Source: an uncultured Spirochaetota bacterium (GTDB lineage Bacteria; Spirochaetota; Brevinematia; Brevinematales; JAOACQ01). Taken from it: a stretch of DNA of 64,000 bases. The stretch is from positions 823-64,822 of the forward strand of contig CAWCLF010000002.1 of assembly GCA_963796325.1 (NCBI GenBank), in the 5' to 3' direction. A program made the translations under genes and the position numbers. This document shows, piece by piece, positions 43,006 through 53,244 of the stretch (the stretch's first letter is position 1; each line of letters starts with the position of its first letter). Under the pieces are notes generated by a model that had not been told where the DNA came from, did not search any database, and saw only the letters and a list, made by a program, of their open reading frames with translations.

Positions 43006-43590
43006 ATGCGGAAATCATTTTTAATTGAAATAATATTGCTGTCGATCCTTTTCTGTTTAAACAGAAACCTGTACAGCAGCAGTAACGATCAAACGACAAA
43101 TAATAATATATACTATAACTCCGTTGCAATAAAACCTATAGACCTGTTCCTTTCTATTTATTCGCTGCAGTACGAAAGGCAGCTCGACGCCGGGGACGAG
43201 GTCATCCTCGGCCTGAATTATCTGGGCAACAACAGCGGCTCAGGCTACCCGGGAACTTTTCGCCTGTATTCCCTGACGACGGGCTACAGGAGATACCTCT
43301 GGGAAGGTCTTTACGCCGAATATCTGTTAATGCCAAGTTATGCCTCATACAACGATACGAACGCTAATATCCAGAGCGGCAGCTTTGAGATCTGGAACGA
43401 ATTCCATTTCGGGTACAGGTTCGAACTGAAATTATTCAATATTCCATTTTTTATAACCCCCCATGTTTTGATCGGGTTCTGCCTGTACAGAAGCAATCAG
43501 CCTCAAAGCTTTAAAGCGGCCGATGAAAATAATTTCTATCCGAATCTTTTGTATGTTTATCCAAATGTCAGTTTTGGAGTCAGATTTTAA
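43006..43590 (+). CDS. Small outer-membrane beta-barrel protein (DUF3575-like)
   Basis: Signal peptide, YER, GYRRY, GYRF, terminal FGVRF. Confidence 0.65.
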   Translation: MRKSFLIEIILLSILFCLNRNLYSSSNDQTTNNNIYYNSVAIKPIDLFLSIYSLQYERQLDAGDEVILGLNYLGNNSGSGYPGTFRLYSLTTGYRRYLWEGLYAEYLLMPSYASYNDTNANIQSGSFEIWNEFHFGYRFELKLFNIPFFITPHVLIGFCLYRSNQPQSFKAADENNFYPNLLYVYPNVSFGVRF

Positions 43591-43642
43591 TAAATGCGAT
43601 GAATACTTCAAAATTTAATTAAAGCCCGCACCGGAAAATTTT

Positions 43643-44791
43643 ATGAATTATATAGGTTCAAAATACAGTCTATTGAACAGGATCGGGAAAATAATCGACG
43701 ATTTCAAGGTCCCGAAAGAGGGCATCGCCATGGACCTGTTTTCAGGTACGGGCGTTGTTTCACAATTATTCAAATCGATGGGCTATATCACATATGCCAA
43801 TGACTGGCAATTTTATTCCTTCTGCCTGACAGCGACATCGATAATTTTAAACGATTACCCTGATTTTAAAAAACTTCTCGAAAGCGGGGAAGGAAATCCG
43901 ATAAAAAATACAGAAAACGCATGTATAAAAATTTTCCCCTTGAATGGAGGGGTTCAAAAGGATATGGACAGGCCGTTTATAAAAGTGTTATCGTATCTGC
44001 AGGGCCTTGAAGGAGCCGGCGGCAGATTTTACGATTGTTACTGCGAAGGCGGGTCTGAAAAAAGAATGTATTTTTCAAGGGAAAACGGTTTGAAAATTCA
44101 ATCGATAAGGGATAAAATAGAAGAATGGGACAGGAGGGAATTGATCGATAAGCCTGAAAAGATCTGGCTTACAGCCTGCCTGCTCGAATCGGCGGACAGA
44201 ATTGCAAATACGGCTTCAGTGTACGGCGCTTATCTCAAAAAAATAAAAAAATCCGCCGAAAAACCGCTCGAACTTATCGGTATAAAACCGGTCCTGTCCC
44301 GGTTCGGCCCAGGACTTCATAAAGTTTTCCGTGAAGACGTTATGAATTTTATCAAAAAAAACGGCAGTGAAAATATCACGCTGGCATATATCGATCCTCC
44401 GTACAACCGCCGCCAGTATTCAGCCAATTATCATATTCTCGAAACTATAGCGGAATGGGATATCGGCGGATTTTCACCCAGGGGTGTGACAGGACAGAGG
44501 TTTAACAAAGAATTAACGTCGGATTTCTGCATGAAAAGCAAAGCTGAGAATGCGATCTCACAATTATTCTCGAATATTAAATCGAAGTATATACTTCTAT
44601 CTTATAATAACGAGGGGCTGGTAACGGAAAATTTTATAAGGAAGCTGTTTAAAAACACCTGCGGCAGTTTTCATTTCGAAAAGATAGATTACAGGAGATT
44701 CAGGGCAGATTCAAACCATCCGAAACGGATTTATAAAAGGGATAAAACGATAGAATATTTAGTCGTAGGAATGAGGAAGGATTCTTTATGA
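43643..44791 (+). CDS. N6-adenine DNA methyltransferase (D12/FokI-NlaIII-like), apparently orphan
   Basis: MNYIGSK, DLFSGTG, YIDPPYN.RQY..NYH. Confidence 0.9.
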   Translation: MNYIGSKYSLLNRIGKIIDDFKVPKEGIAMDLFSGTGVVSQLFKSMGYITYANDWQFYSFCLTATSIILNDYPDFKKLLESGEGNPIKNTENACIKIFPLNGGVQKDMDRPFIKVLSYLQGLEGAGGRFYDCYCEGGSEKRMYFSRENGLKIQSIRDKIEEWDRRELIDKPEKIWLTACLLESADRIANTASVYGAYLKKIKKSAEKPLELIGIKPVLSRFGPGLHKVFREDVMNFIKKNGSENITLAYIDPPYNRRQYSANYHILETIAEWDIGGFSPRGVTGQRFNKELTSDFCMKSKAENAISQLFSNIKSKYILLSYNNEGLVTENFIRKLFKNTCGSFHFEKIDYRRFRADSNHPKRIYKRDKTIEYLVVGMRKDSL

Positions 44792-45693
44792 ACAGGGTAT
44801 ATCTCTATGGAATGATAACTCCGAGCACGGTATATGTGCTCGCCAATGGTTTCAGGTTCCCGGAACCCGATAATTACGCCGAAATAGGCCTTGCTTATCC
44901 ATCCGTCGGAGGCGAAGCCGTTAATTCGGCGATCATGCTTTCAAAGCTCGGCATAAGGACGAAGCTCGACGGAAACTGGATAAACTCAGGATATTATGCC
45001 GGAATAATGAAGCTTTTAAAACCCTTCGGCATCGATATGTCGCGCCTCAAGGTGAAGGAAAAATCCGGGACCCTCGAATTTGTCGTTACCGACGGCGATT
45101 CCAGGACCGTTTTCGGCAATTATGCAGCGTTTCACAACGGCGAGAAGCAGTGGAACGAACCCCGGGAGGAGGATATACGCTCTGCGGATTACATATCGAT
45201 AGATCCGTATTTCAGGCAGGAGTCTATCGATGCCGGGCAATTGTCGGTGAAAAACGACAAGCCGTATGTGACTATCGACTGCCGCCATGACGATTCCCTG
45301 GCCAGGAATGCCGAGTCGGTCATAATATCAGGCGAATTGAGGGACAGGGCTTACAGAGGCTGCGATATGAAGGAAATTTTCGGGCTATACCTCGCCGGTT
45401 GCAGGGGGCTTGTAATATTCACCTTCGGATCGGATGATTTGTGGTACTCCCGGCCCGGAAAGCCTCTAAAGAAGTTCAAGCCGTACCGCATCGACCCTGT
45501 CGATACAGCCGGCGCCGGCGACACGTTCCGCTCGGGCATCATTTACGGGCTAATGAACAACTGGGACGACGAAAAAACGATAGATTTCGCTTCGGCGGTT
45601 TCCGCCTGCGTATGCCTGTCGATACCGCATTCTCTCAACGCGCCCCGTCTCGACGGCGTGCTGAAGTTTATGGAGGAGAACAGGAGGGGGTGA
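44788..45693 (+). CDS. PfkB family carbohydrate kinase
   Basis: GGEAVN, DTAGAGDTF. Confidence 0.88.
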   Translation: MNRVYLYGMITPSTVYVLANGFRFPEPDNYAEIGLAYPSVGGEAVNSAIMLSKLGIRTKLDGNWINSGYYAGIMKLLKPFGIDMSRLKVKEKSGTLEFVVTDGDSRTVFGNYAAFHNGEKQWNEPREEDIRSADYISIDPYFRQESIDAGQLSVKNDKPYVTIDCRHDDSLARNAESVIISGELRDRAYRGCDMKEIFGLYLAGCRGLVIFTFGSDDLWYSRPGKPLKKFKPYRIDPVDTAGAGDTFRSGIIYGLMNNWDDEKTIDFASAVSACVCLSIPHSLNAPRLDGVLKFMEENRRG

Positions 45694-45771
45694 CCCCTCC
45701 GCGTCTAAAATCGACTAAATCGGAAATTTCTTTTAAAATATTACCTTCCAATATCTGGATCGGACGGCATC

Positions 45772-47487
45772 ATGAAACTCATTGAAAAACTCCTCGAAGG
45801 CATTTTCCTCAAAGCGCTAAAACCCGCTTACCCCGGCTTCACCGCCTGGGATTCTCTTTTCATACAGAAAACGAATAATGAAAATTTCGGGGACTTCCAG
45901 ACGAATTTTGCCATGATCAGCGCAAAAACCCTGAAGAAAACCCCCCGGGAACTTGCCGCAGATATTATAAACGCTGTCGGAGCGAACGAGGCAATTAAGA
46001 AAATGGAGGTTGCGGGTCCAGGTTTCATCAACATTTTCCTGAACGACTCATTTATTGCAGGACAGGCTGTAAAAATCGGCGAGGAAAATTACGATTTTTC
46101 ATTCCTTGACAGGTCCGGAGTAATAATAATCGATTATTCATCCCCCAATATAGCGAAGAGGATGCATATAGGCCACCTGAGGAGCACAGTCATCGGCGAC
46201 TCCCTTAAGAGGATCTTCCGTTACCTGGGCTGCAGCGTCATCGGCGACAATCACCTGGGCGATTGGGGAACGCAGTTCGGCAAACTCATAGTCGGTTTTA
46301 AAAACTGGCTCGACAGGGAAGCATATGCCGCTTCTCCCATAGAGGAACTCGAGCGAATTTACGTAGAGTTCGAAAAGCGATCTGAAAAAGACCCGTTATT
46401 ATTGGAAGAAGCTCGAAAGGAGCTGAAAAATCTGCAGGACGGTGTTCCTGAAGCCATGAAATTATGGAAAGAATTCGTCGACGCTTCGCTATCTCTTTAC
46501 GACAAAATTTATAAAAGAATGGGCATCGAATTCGACACTTATTACGGAGAATCGTTTTACCATGAAATTATGCCCTCGGTGATCGAAGAGCTGAAAAATA
46601 AAAAGATAGCCGTCATGTCGGAAGACGCTCTTGTAGTGTTCTTCGACGAAAAGGAAAACCTTCCCGTCGCGCTTGTCCAGAAAAAGGACGGGGCTTTTCT
46701 TTATGCCACATCCGATCTTGCATGCCTCAAATACAGACGGGAAAATTACAACCTCAACAGGATCGTTTATGTCACTGACGACAGGCAGATAACACATTTC
46801 CGCCAGGTCTTCAGGATCGCCGACATGCTGGGCTGGAATATTAACAAAGAACATGTATGGTTCGGCGTTATGCGATTTCCCGACGGTATTTTCTCGACAC
46901 GTAAGGGCAACGTAATACGGCTCGAAGACCTGCTCGACGAAGCGAAAAAGAGGGCGGCGGCAATAATAGAAGAGAAAAATCCAAATCTGTCCCCGGAGGA
47001 AAAGGTCGGCGCAGCTGAAGCGATCGGAACCGCTTCGGTGAAGTACTTTGACCTCTCGCAGAACCGTATAAGCACCCTCGTTTTCGAGTGGGACAAGGCT
47101 ATCAACTTCGACGGAAACACTGCGCCCTATCTTTTATACACTTATGCAAGGATAAGGTCCATTTTCAGGAAGGCCGGAGAATTGAAAAGGATTTATAAAA
47201 ACAGCCGTTCAATAATTTTTACCGAAACGATCGAGAGGAGGATCGCGCTTCTTCTTACCCAGTTCCCGAATATAGTAATAAAAGCTTCGGAAAATTACAC
47301 CCCGAATTTCATAGCGGACTACCTGTTCGAGCTCGCCCAGAACTTTAACAGCTTCTATAATTCGCTGCAGGTTTTAAAGGAAGATGATTCTATCATGCAG
47401 AGCAGGATGGTCCTTTCCGACAGGGTATCGTTCGTGATCAGGACAGGCCTCGACCTGTTGGGGATAAGGGTTGTCGAGAAGATGTAG
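45772..47487 (+). CDS. argS: Arginine--tRNA ligase
   Basis: DYSSPNIAKRMHIGHLRS, NHLGDWGTQFG, YxxARIxSI, LGI...KM. Confidence 0.97.
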   Translation: MKLIEKLLEGIFLKALKPAYPGFTAWDSLFIQKTNNENFGDFQTNFAMISAKTLKKTPRELAADIINAVGANEAIKKMEVAGPGFINIFLNDSFIAGQAVKIGEENYDFSFLDRSGVIIIDYSSPNIAKRMHIGHLRSTVIGDSLKRIFRYLGCSVIGDNHLGDWGTQFGKLIVGFKNWLDREAYAASPIEELERIYVEFEKRSEKDPLLLEEARKELKNLQDGVPEAMKLWKEFVDASLSLYDKIYKRMGIEFDTYYGESFYHEIMPSVIEELKNKKIAVMSEDALVVFFDEKENLPVALVQKKDGAFLYATSDLACLKYRRENYNLNRIVYVTDDRQITHFRQVFRIADMLGWNINKEHVWFGVMRFPDGIFSTRKGNVIRLEDLLDEAKKRAAAIIEEKNPNLSPEEKVGAAEAIGTASVKYFDLSQNRISTLVFEWDKAINFDGNTAPYLLYTYARIRSIFRKAGELKRIYKNSRSIIFTETIERRIALLLTQFPNIVIKASENYTPNFIADYLFELAQNFNSFYNSLQVLKEDDSIMQSRMVLSDRVSFVIRTGLDLLGIRVVEKM

Positions 47488-47488
47488 T

Positions 47489-49294
47489 TTATCCGGCTTG
47501 CATCTTTTTTATCTTTTCGAAAGTGACCACATCCGCGAGCCTTTCTATGGTTTTCCTGGATTCGATTATCATGTTATTGATCTTCATCTCCTTTTCAAGG
47601 ATCGCGTAAAACCGCATATTATAAAAATACATGTCGGCAAGAAAGCACAGGCTCGTTATCATAGCGACTGAGTCCGAAAAGAACTTTTCCTTTAAAAACC
47701 CGGGCGATAAAATCCTCTTGTCCCAGAACGGCACGAACACGCTCTTCTGCCTTGTGGCAGATATTTCGAGCGGTGAAGCTGATCCGGCATTCTGATTTGC
47801 CGTTATATCCTTTTTAAAATTGATATGAATATTGCCGAGCTTTTCTCCTATATCTGCAAGAATGTCAGAAATCGAATCGACCGTCTGGATCAGGGCGAGG
47901 GCGGGAGGCGCCGGCATCATATCCTTTTTAGAGGTTTTAAGATCGAAGAATTCCCTCCTCGATAGTATCGGGAGAGTAAAAACAATATCTTCGAATTTTA
48001 ACACTCCCATGCGCAGCTTGTCTACCTCAAGCTGGAAAACTTCGCCTGAAAAAACTCTGACCGGCCCGAAGTCCTCGATGACTACCCTGTCGATTAAAAA
48101 ATTCTCAAATTCCGTTAAAAACTTCCGGAAAAAATTATATGCCAGTTTGGCAGTATTGTTCTTATCGGCAGTAAAACTGTCGCCTATTTCGCCGTACGTA
48201 GCGTACTCATAAAAATCCATGATCACTTTGAAATTGTAGCTCCTGTAGCCTGAAGAATCCTGCCTGATGAAATGTTTCAGAAAGTATTGTATCCTGTTGA
48301 TTTCCGCTTTCTCCATTATCAGGTTCTGCCATGTTGTCGTTTTATCGTTTATATAGACGTTTATCTTCTGCTGGATAAACGGCGAACATTCGAAAGAAAA
48401 TGTGTTTACCACACCGCCCGGCTGCCTGCGTATGAGGTCGTCGATTCTGACATATCTCCTTGAATCGAACATATTAATACACATTATGAAATTGTAGAGG
48501 CTGGGTGTTCCCCCCTGGTCCCTTAAAATACGCTTGACCTGGATCTGTGAAAGCTCTATCAATCCGTCCGGCTTCCTGAGATTTTCGAGGACTTCAGTAA
48601 TGCTCGAACATATGATCTCAGGGTATTCGATCTTGTAATTGCATGTAAGGAAAAGAGTCTCGACCTCCCAGTATGCATCAAGAAGCTGTTTCGGCGTCGA
48701 ACCCTGTCTCAATACGGGCGCTGAAACTAAAGCCTGGCATAGACTTCTGAATATGACTATAAGATTATAGCTTTCTTTGTCCAGATACATCCACCCCTTG
48801 TCCAGTACAAGGTTCAGATTTTCCATGAGTTCGACGGCATCTTTCTGAAGGGAATTGAGCGTTGTCCTCAAACGTAAAAAATCGAATTTCATGCTGCCGG
48901 GTGTAAACCCGAAACGCAGGAATCCGGCAGCCCTGCCGAATTCTCTTATTCTTCTGTAATCCCTGAAAAGGTAAAGAAAAAAAGGTTTCCTGATGAATTT
49001 TACTTTTATTTTTTCACTGTTTTTACTTGCGACATCCTCGGTCGAGACCCTCTTTTTCTTTATGATCTCCTGGACCTCTTCGCTGGAGAGCGGGGTTTCA
49101 TCTATTTCCTGCCCTACTTCCTGGGCGTCTATGAGCTCTATTTTTCTTATTTTTTCCTGGAGGCTCTCACCCGACTCCAGGATCTGTTTAACCATCAGGG
49201 CTGCTTCAGAAGGCCTCGATTTCTTTAAAAGTTCAGCCATGCGCGAATATTCAAGGGAGGCTTCCATAATGTTTTTGCCCTGTCCGTTCTCCAT
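47489..49294 (-). CDS. Hypothetical helical protein
   Basis: About 600-aa ORF with no recognised motif; start set after an AGGGG RBS (ORF extends to 49321). Confidence 0.7.
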   Translation of the reverse strand: MENGQGKNIMEASLEYSRMAELLKKSRPSEAALMVKQILESGESLQEKIRKIELIDAQEVGQEIDETPLSSEEVQEIIKKKRVSTEDVASKNSEKIKVKFIRKPFFLYLFRDYRRIREFGRAAGFLRFGFTPGSMKFDFLRLRTTLNSLQKDAVELMENLNLVLDKGWMYLDKESYNLIVIFRSLCQALVSAPVLRQGSTPKQLLDAYWEVETLFLTCNYKIEYPEIICSSITEVLENLRKPDGLIELSQIQVKRILRDQGGTPSLYNFIMCINMFDSRRYVRIDDLIRRQPGGVVNTFSFECSPFIQQKINVYINDKTTTWQNLIMEKAEINRIQYFLKHFIRQDSSGYRSYNFKVIMDFYEYATYGEIGDSFTADKNNTAKLAYNFFRKFLTEFENFLIDRVVIEDFGPVRVFSGEVFQLEVDKLRMGVLKFEDIVFTLPILSRREFFDLKTSKKDMMPAPPALALIQTVDSISDILADIGEKLGNIHINFKKDITANQNAGSASPLEISATRQKSVFVPFWDKRILSPGFLKEKFFSDSVAMITSLCFLADMYFYNMRFYAILEKEMKINNMIIESRKTIERLADVVTFEKIKKMQAG

Positions 49295-49345
49295 TAATAA
49301 CCCCTGATTAAAAATCGGCAATTTCCATCCCGATATTTAAATCCT

Positions 49346-50092
49346 TCATTCGTTATCAAGTTTTTTACTATGCCAGTATTCGTCGAAAACGGATGTCGTT
49401 ATCATGTGGATAGTATTGAAAAAGAATCCTCCAATTCCGTCGAGCCTGACCCTGTCGATATACCACCTTCCTTTTTCACTTTTGAAAAATACCTCGTTTG
49501 TCAGACTGAAAACATATTTCGGAAGGGGTTTAATAATGTAAGATATTCTGAGCGGGGCTCCCGATGCCGAGTCCAGCCATGCCTCGCCCTGCTGGAATGA
49601 ATTGTTTGTCGATTTCCTTTTAAATTCATAAACCGTATATAAATTCCCATCGTTTGTAACGGATCTCCCGGTCGATTTGTATTCCAGGTTTGTCTGCTCG
49701 TCAGGGTAAAAAGGTATGAGCGCCCCGAATCCTATATTCAGCACCTGATTGAAATCCCCGTCCTTTTTCAGTGATTCTTCCTGGTCCATTTTCCTCTTTT
49801 CAGTCAAATCCGCACCGTTCTCAATATACTTTAAAACATCCGACCTCATATCGTTTGAAACGCCCCTGTAAATCTTCATTTTAAGTTCGGTAACCTTTTT
49901 TATATTGCCCGCCGGATCATATTCCTCGCTCGTAGAATCTATAGTACCCGGTATCCAGTTTTTATTCCTGTCGGCTATCTTAACCGCCAGGGACCAAAGA
50001 TCGGGGCTTTTTATACCTTCAGGGTAAACAGGGCTTTTCAAATTGAAAGAAACGGAAAATATCATTAAACACAGTGCAATATACCTGATCAT
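49346..50092 (-). CDS. Hypothetical secreted protein
   Basis: N-terminal signal peptide; beta-rich. Confidence 0.65.
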   Translation of the reverse strand: MIRYIALCLMIFSVSFNLKSPVYPEGIKSPDLWSLAVKIADRNKNWIPGTIDSTSEEYDPAGNIKKVTELKMKIYRGVSNDMRSDVLKYIENGADLTEKRKMDQEESLKKDGDFNQVLNIGFGALIPFYPDEQTNLEYKSTGRSVTNDGNLYTVYEFKRKSTNNSFQQGEAWLDSASGAPLRISYIIKPLPKYVFSLTNEVFFKSEKGRWYIDRVRLDGIGGFFFNTIHMITTSVFDEYWHSKKLDNE

Positions 50093-50284
50093 ATCATAAC
50101 TCCTCAGCCAAATAACATAATACCAAACAATCGATATGTCAAGTCAGTCAACAGTCGGGTGTCGAAAGTCAAAAGTAGAATTATAGCATGACTGAAGATT
50201 GAATACTGCCTGCCGCCTGTTGATTTAATATTCCCGGCTTGAAGATTCCCGGCAATTGACATAATCAAAGCAGTATAATAAAAT

Positions 50285-50332
50285 CTTATGGGCACTTCTA
50301 AAAACCCATCCTTACGGGCACAAGTGCACAGG
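50285..50332. repeat. Truncated MITE/REP-like element, copy 3
   Basis: CTTATGGGCACTTCTAAAAACCCATCCTTACGGGCACAAGTGCAC matches segments at 8551-8572 and 38903-39108. Confidence 0.6.
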
Positions 50333-50386
50333 GTATCGGCAGCTATGCAATAATAACGCCATTAGACGGCGAAACAGGATTTTATA

Positions 50387-52177
50387 ATGGGTTTAGTGAA
50401 ACGAAACAAGGAATTCTGGTTTTACGAGGACCTTTACACGGATATAACTTACGGCTTCAAGGTTTCGAAGGTTCTCGTCCCTTCTACGGATACAGGCCGC
50501 CAGGAACTCATGATACTAGATACGGACCGTTTCGGACGCGTGCTGATCCTTGACGGTATTATCCAGCTGACTGAAGAAGATGAAGGCATATACCATGAAT
50601 GGATAACCCATTGGCCTTTATTTTCGCTTCTCAAACCCCCAAGGAATATTCTTATTATCGGGGGCGGGGACGGCGGCGTCGCAAGGGAAGTTCTGCGGCA
50701 TAAAACAGTCAAGTCCGTAACAGTGGTGGAAATCGACCAGGTGGTTATCGACAAGTGCAGGGAATTCATGCCGTCGGTCTCCGAAGGCGTCTGGGACGAC
50801 AAACGGCTGCACCTCATAATCGGGGACGGCGCGGAAGTTATAAAAACCATGAAGAATAAATGCGATGCGGTTATTATAGATTCGACCGATCCGGTAGGCC
50901 CGGCTCAAACTTTATTCAACACAGATTTTTACCAGGCCGTATACGATTCCCTCGTTGAAGGAGGAATTGCAATCCACCAGACCGGGTCGCTTATACTTCA
51001 GCCGTCCGAATGCCCGGCAAGCTGGAGGCAGATAGAAAGGTCGTTCGACGATGTCAGGGTGATCCAGTTCTCCAATTCCAGCTATGTAGGCGGGCCTTTC
51101 AGCCTGACAGCCGGGTCAAAAGGCAAAAAAGTTTTCCGGAAAGCCGTTCAAAACGCCAAACGGGCTTTTAAAGAATCCGGTATCGCATGCAGATGGTATT
51201 CTCCCGAATTGACGTCTGCAGTTTACCCGGAATTTCAGCAGCGTCTTGAACAGGACAGGTACGGGGAGGAAATAATTCTGGATATAGACCTTAAAGACAA
51301 TAAGATCCCGTCAAAGGATAAGATAGCCACATGGTGCAGGAAAACCTGCGAGGCCATCAATATGAAGGCTTTCGGAGAGCCGATCGCAAACGAAGGAAGA
51401 TTCGGCGAGGGAAATACGCTGATCCAGTATATTGAAACAAGCGCTATAAACTACAGGCAGTACGGTTCCACCGGATGTGCGAACTGCTTTACCTGCGCAG
51501 CGCTGCCTGTCGATGAAGCCGTTTCATATTCTCTGGGGTACTATGGGGCATCGAGCGGCACCTGCCTGCACATCCCGAGAGGCTCGTTTTCAGATATAAG
51601 GCAGATCAGGAACAACAGCCTGATCTACAGGGCCGAACTGACTCAGGATAAAAAGAAATTAAAGCAGACAGCCGAGTACTTTAAGCCCAGGCTCACAGAT
51701 CATGCAAAGATATTTTCAAGGAATTTCAAGCTCCCCATTGAAGACGGTTTCTCCAGGGCATTCGAACTTATTATAGATCTTTACGGATGCGATTATTCAA
51801 GGATATCTTCGTCTGAAGCAGTTGCAAAGTGGGCGTCCGAGGATTTCTGCCGCGCTACAGGTCTCGAACCCGTCGGTAAAGCGGAGGCGCCGGATTTCGG
51901 CCATTCCAAGAAAAAAACATCGGGGCCGTCGGTCACTCAGCTTTTCAAGGACGGTTCAAATATCAGCCATTATTCGGTAAACTGGCTTCTGATAGTTATA
52001 AATATAGTGTCGGGTACGCCGTTTTCGGTTAAAAAGGCCCTCGCTTCGGCAATGAAATATTTCAAAGGCGGGAGGGCGATATGCTGGCTTGTCCCCCGCG
52101 CCTCGGGCGGCAAGAATATCCGGCAGATAGCAGAACAGACGCTGATCTTCGAGGTTTTGAAGAAAGATCTTGACTGA
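50387..52177 (+). CDS. speE: Polyamine aminopropyltransferase (spermidine synthase) fused to two AdoMet-decarboxylase-like domains
   Basis: LDGIIQ, YHE, IIGGGDGG, VEID, DSTDP in residues 1-290; residues ~292-400 and ~459-572 are SpeD-like repeats. Confidence 0.88.
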   Translation: MGLVKRNKEFWFYEDLYTDITYGFKVSKVLVPSTDTGRQELMILDTDRFGRVLILDGIIQLTEEDEGIYHEWITHWPLFSLLKPPRNILIIGGGDGGVAREVLRHKTVKSVTVVEIDQVVIDKCREFMPSVSEGVWDDKRLHLIIGDGAEVIKTMKNKCDAVIIDSTDPVGPAQTLFNTDFYQAVYDSLVEGGIAIHQTGSLILQPSECPASWRQIERSFDDVRVIQFSNSSYVGGPFSLTAGSKGKKVFRKAVQNAKRAFKESGIACRWYSPELTSAVYPEFQQRLEQDRYGEEIILDIDLKDNKIPSKDKIATWCRKTCEAINMKAFGEPIANEGRFGEGNTLIQYIETSAINYRQYGSTGCANCFTCAALPVDEAVSYSLGYYGASSGTCLHIPRGSFSDIRQIRNNSLIYRAELTQDKKKLKQTAEYFKPRLTDHAKIFSRNFKLPIEDGFSRAFELIIDLYGCDYSRISSSEAVAKWASEDFCRATGLEPVGKAEAPDFGHSKKKTSGPSVTQLFKDGSNISHYSVNWLLIVINIVSGTPFSVKKALASAMKYFKGGRAICWLVPRASGGKNIRQIAEQTLIFEVLKKDLD

Positions 52178-52181
52178 CTTC

Positions 52182-53150
52182 TCAATAATTTTCACTGGGA
52201 ACGATATCCATTGTCCTTTTTTCCGTATTACGAATAACGGTTATCCGGGAGGCGCTACCGATGCTCTCCTCGGTTAAATAACGGTGAAGATCGTCCATGG
52301 TTGAGACGGGGTTTCCGTTGAATTCGATAATAATATCGCCTTCGTACAGGCCCGCCTTTTCGGCAGGACTTTTTATCCGTATGTTTATGATAAGTACGCC
52401 GGTATCGATCGGAAGATTGTAATAGTGGACAATCTTCCTGTGCAGATCGACATTCTGGCCTCCAATTCCCAGGTATCCCCTGCGGATCTTTCCGTCTTTG
52501 ATGAGAAGCGATGCGACTCTCTTGGCTGTATTGCCCGGTATTGCAAAACATAAACCCTGAGCAGGAAGTATCAGGGCGGTGTTTATTCCAATCACCTCGG
52601 CATGCGAATTCAATAGCGGCCCCCCTGAATTTCCCGGGTTCAGGGCAGCGTCCGTCTGTATTACATTGTCGATAAGACGTCCGCTGGAAGTATAAAAAGA
52701 GCGCCCGAGCGCGCTGATCACCCCGGCGGTCAGCGTGTTCTGAAACCCGTACGGGTTGCCCACAGCTACGGCCAGCTGCCCGACGGTAATCCGGGAAGAA
52801 TCTCCGAAAGACGCGGCATTGAAGTCCGACCCTGAAATCCTGATTACAGCTATATCGGTATCCGGATCGTCGCCGACCAGGAATCCTTCATATTTTCTGG
52901 AATCGGAAAGGACAACTTCGATAAATTTCTGATTATGTATTACATGACTGTTTGTGAGTATGAAACCGTCAGGCGTAAATATAAACCCGGAAGCGCTTCC
53001 GCCCTCGCCCGGCATTTGAGGGGAATTGCCGTTTTGCCGGTTTTCTTTTTGCTGCCCGATCTTGATGTGCACTACAGAAGTATTAATCGTTTTGGAAACC
53101 GATATTACGGTCCTTGAATACGCATCTAAAAGGTCAGTGTCTTCTCCCAT
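52182..53150 (-). CDS. HtrA/DegP-like trypsin protease with one PDZ domain, no signal peptide
   Basis: TNSHV, DIAV, QTDAALNPGNSGG, PDZ. Confidence 0.92.
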   Translation of the reverse strand: MGEDTDLLDAYSRTVISVSKTINTSVVHIKIGQQKENRQNGNSPQMPGEGGSASGFIFTPDGFILTNSHVIHNQKFIEVVLSDSRKYEGFLVGDDPDTDIAVIRISGSDFNAASFGDSSRITVGQLAVAVGNPYGFQNTLTAGVISALGRSFYTSSGRLIDNVIQTDAALNPGNSGGPLLNSHAEVIGINTALILPAQGLCFAIPGNTAKRVASLLIKDGKIRRGYLGIGGQNVDLHRKIVHYYNLPIDTGVLIINIRIKSPAEKAGLYEGDIIIEFNGNPVSTMDDLHRYLTEESIGSASRITVIRNTEKRTMDIVPSENY

Positions 53151-53211
53151 AAAACCACGCCTCTAATTGAAATCAGCATAAAAATAATTACTGACATCCG
53201 GATCGTCAAAT

Positions 53212-53238
53212 AAAAAAGGCCGTCCTGCCGGACGGCCT
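53212..53238 (-). terminator. Intrinsic terminator after the CsgG-like gene
   Basis: AGGCCGTCC-loop-GGACGGCCT with a U-tract on the minus strand. Confidence 0.75.
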
Positions 53239-53244
53239 CAGCCT

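Noticed and set aside
50254-50386. TTGACA/TATAAT pair and a possible SAM or polyamine riboswitch upstream of speE
   Set aside because: The hexamers are only 12 nt apart; the structured segment matches the dispersed repeat family, and no known riboswitch consensus is visible
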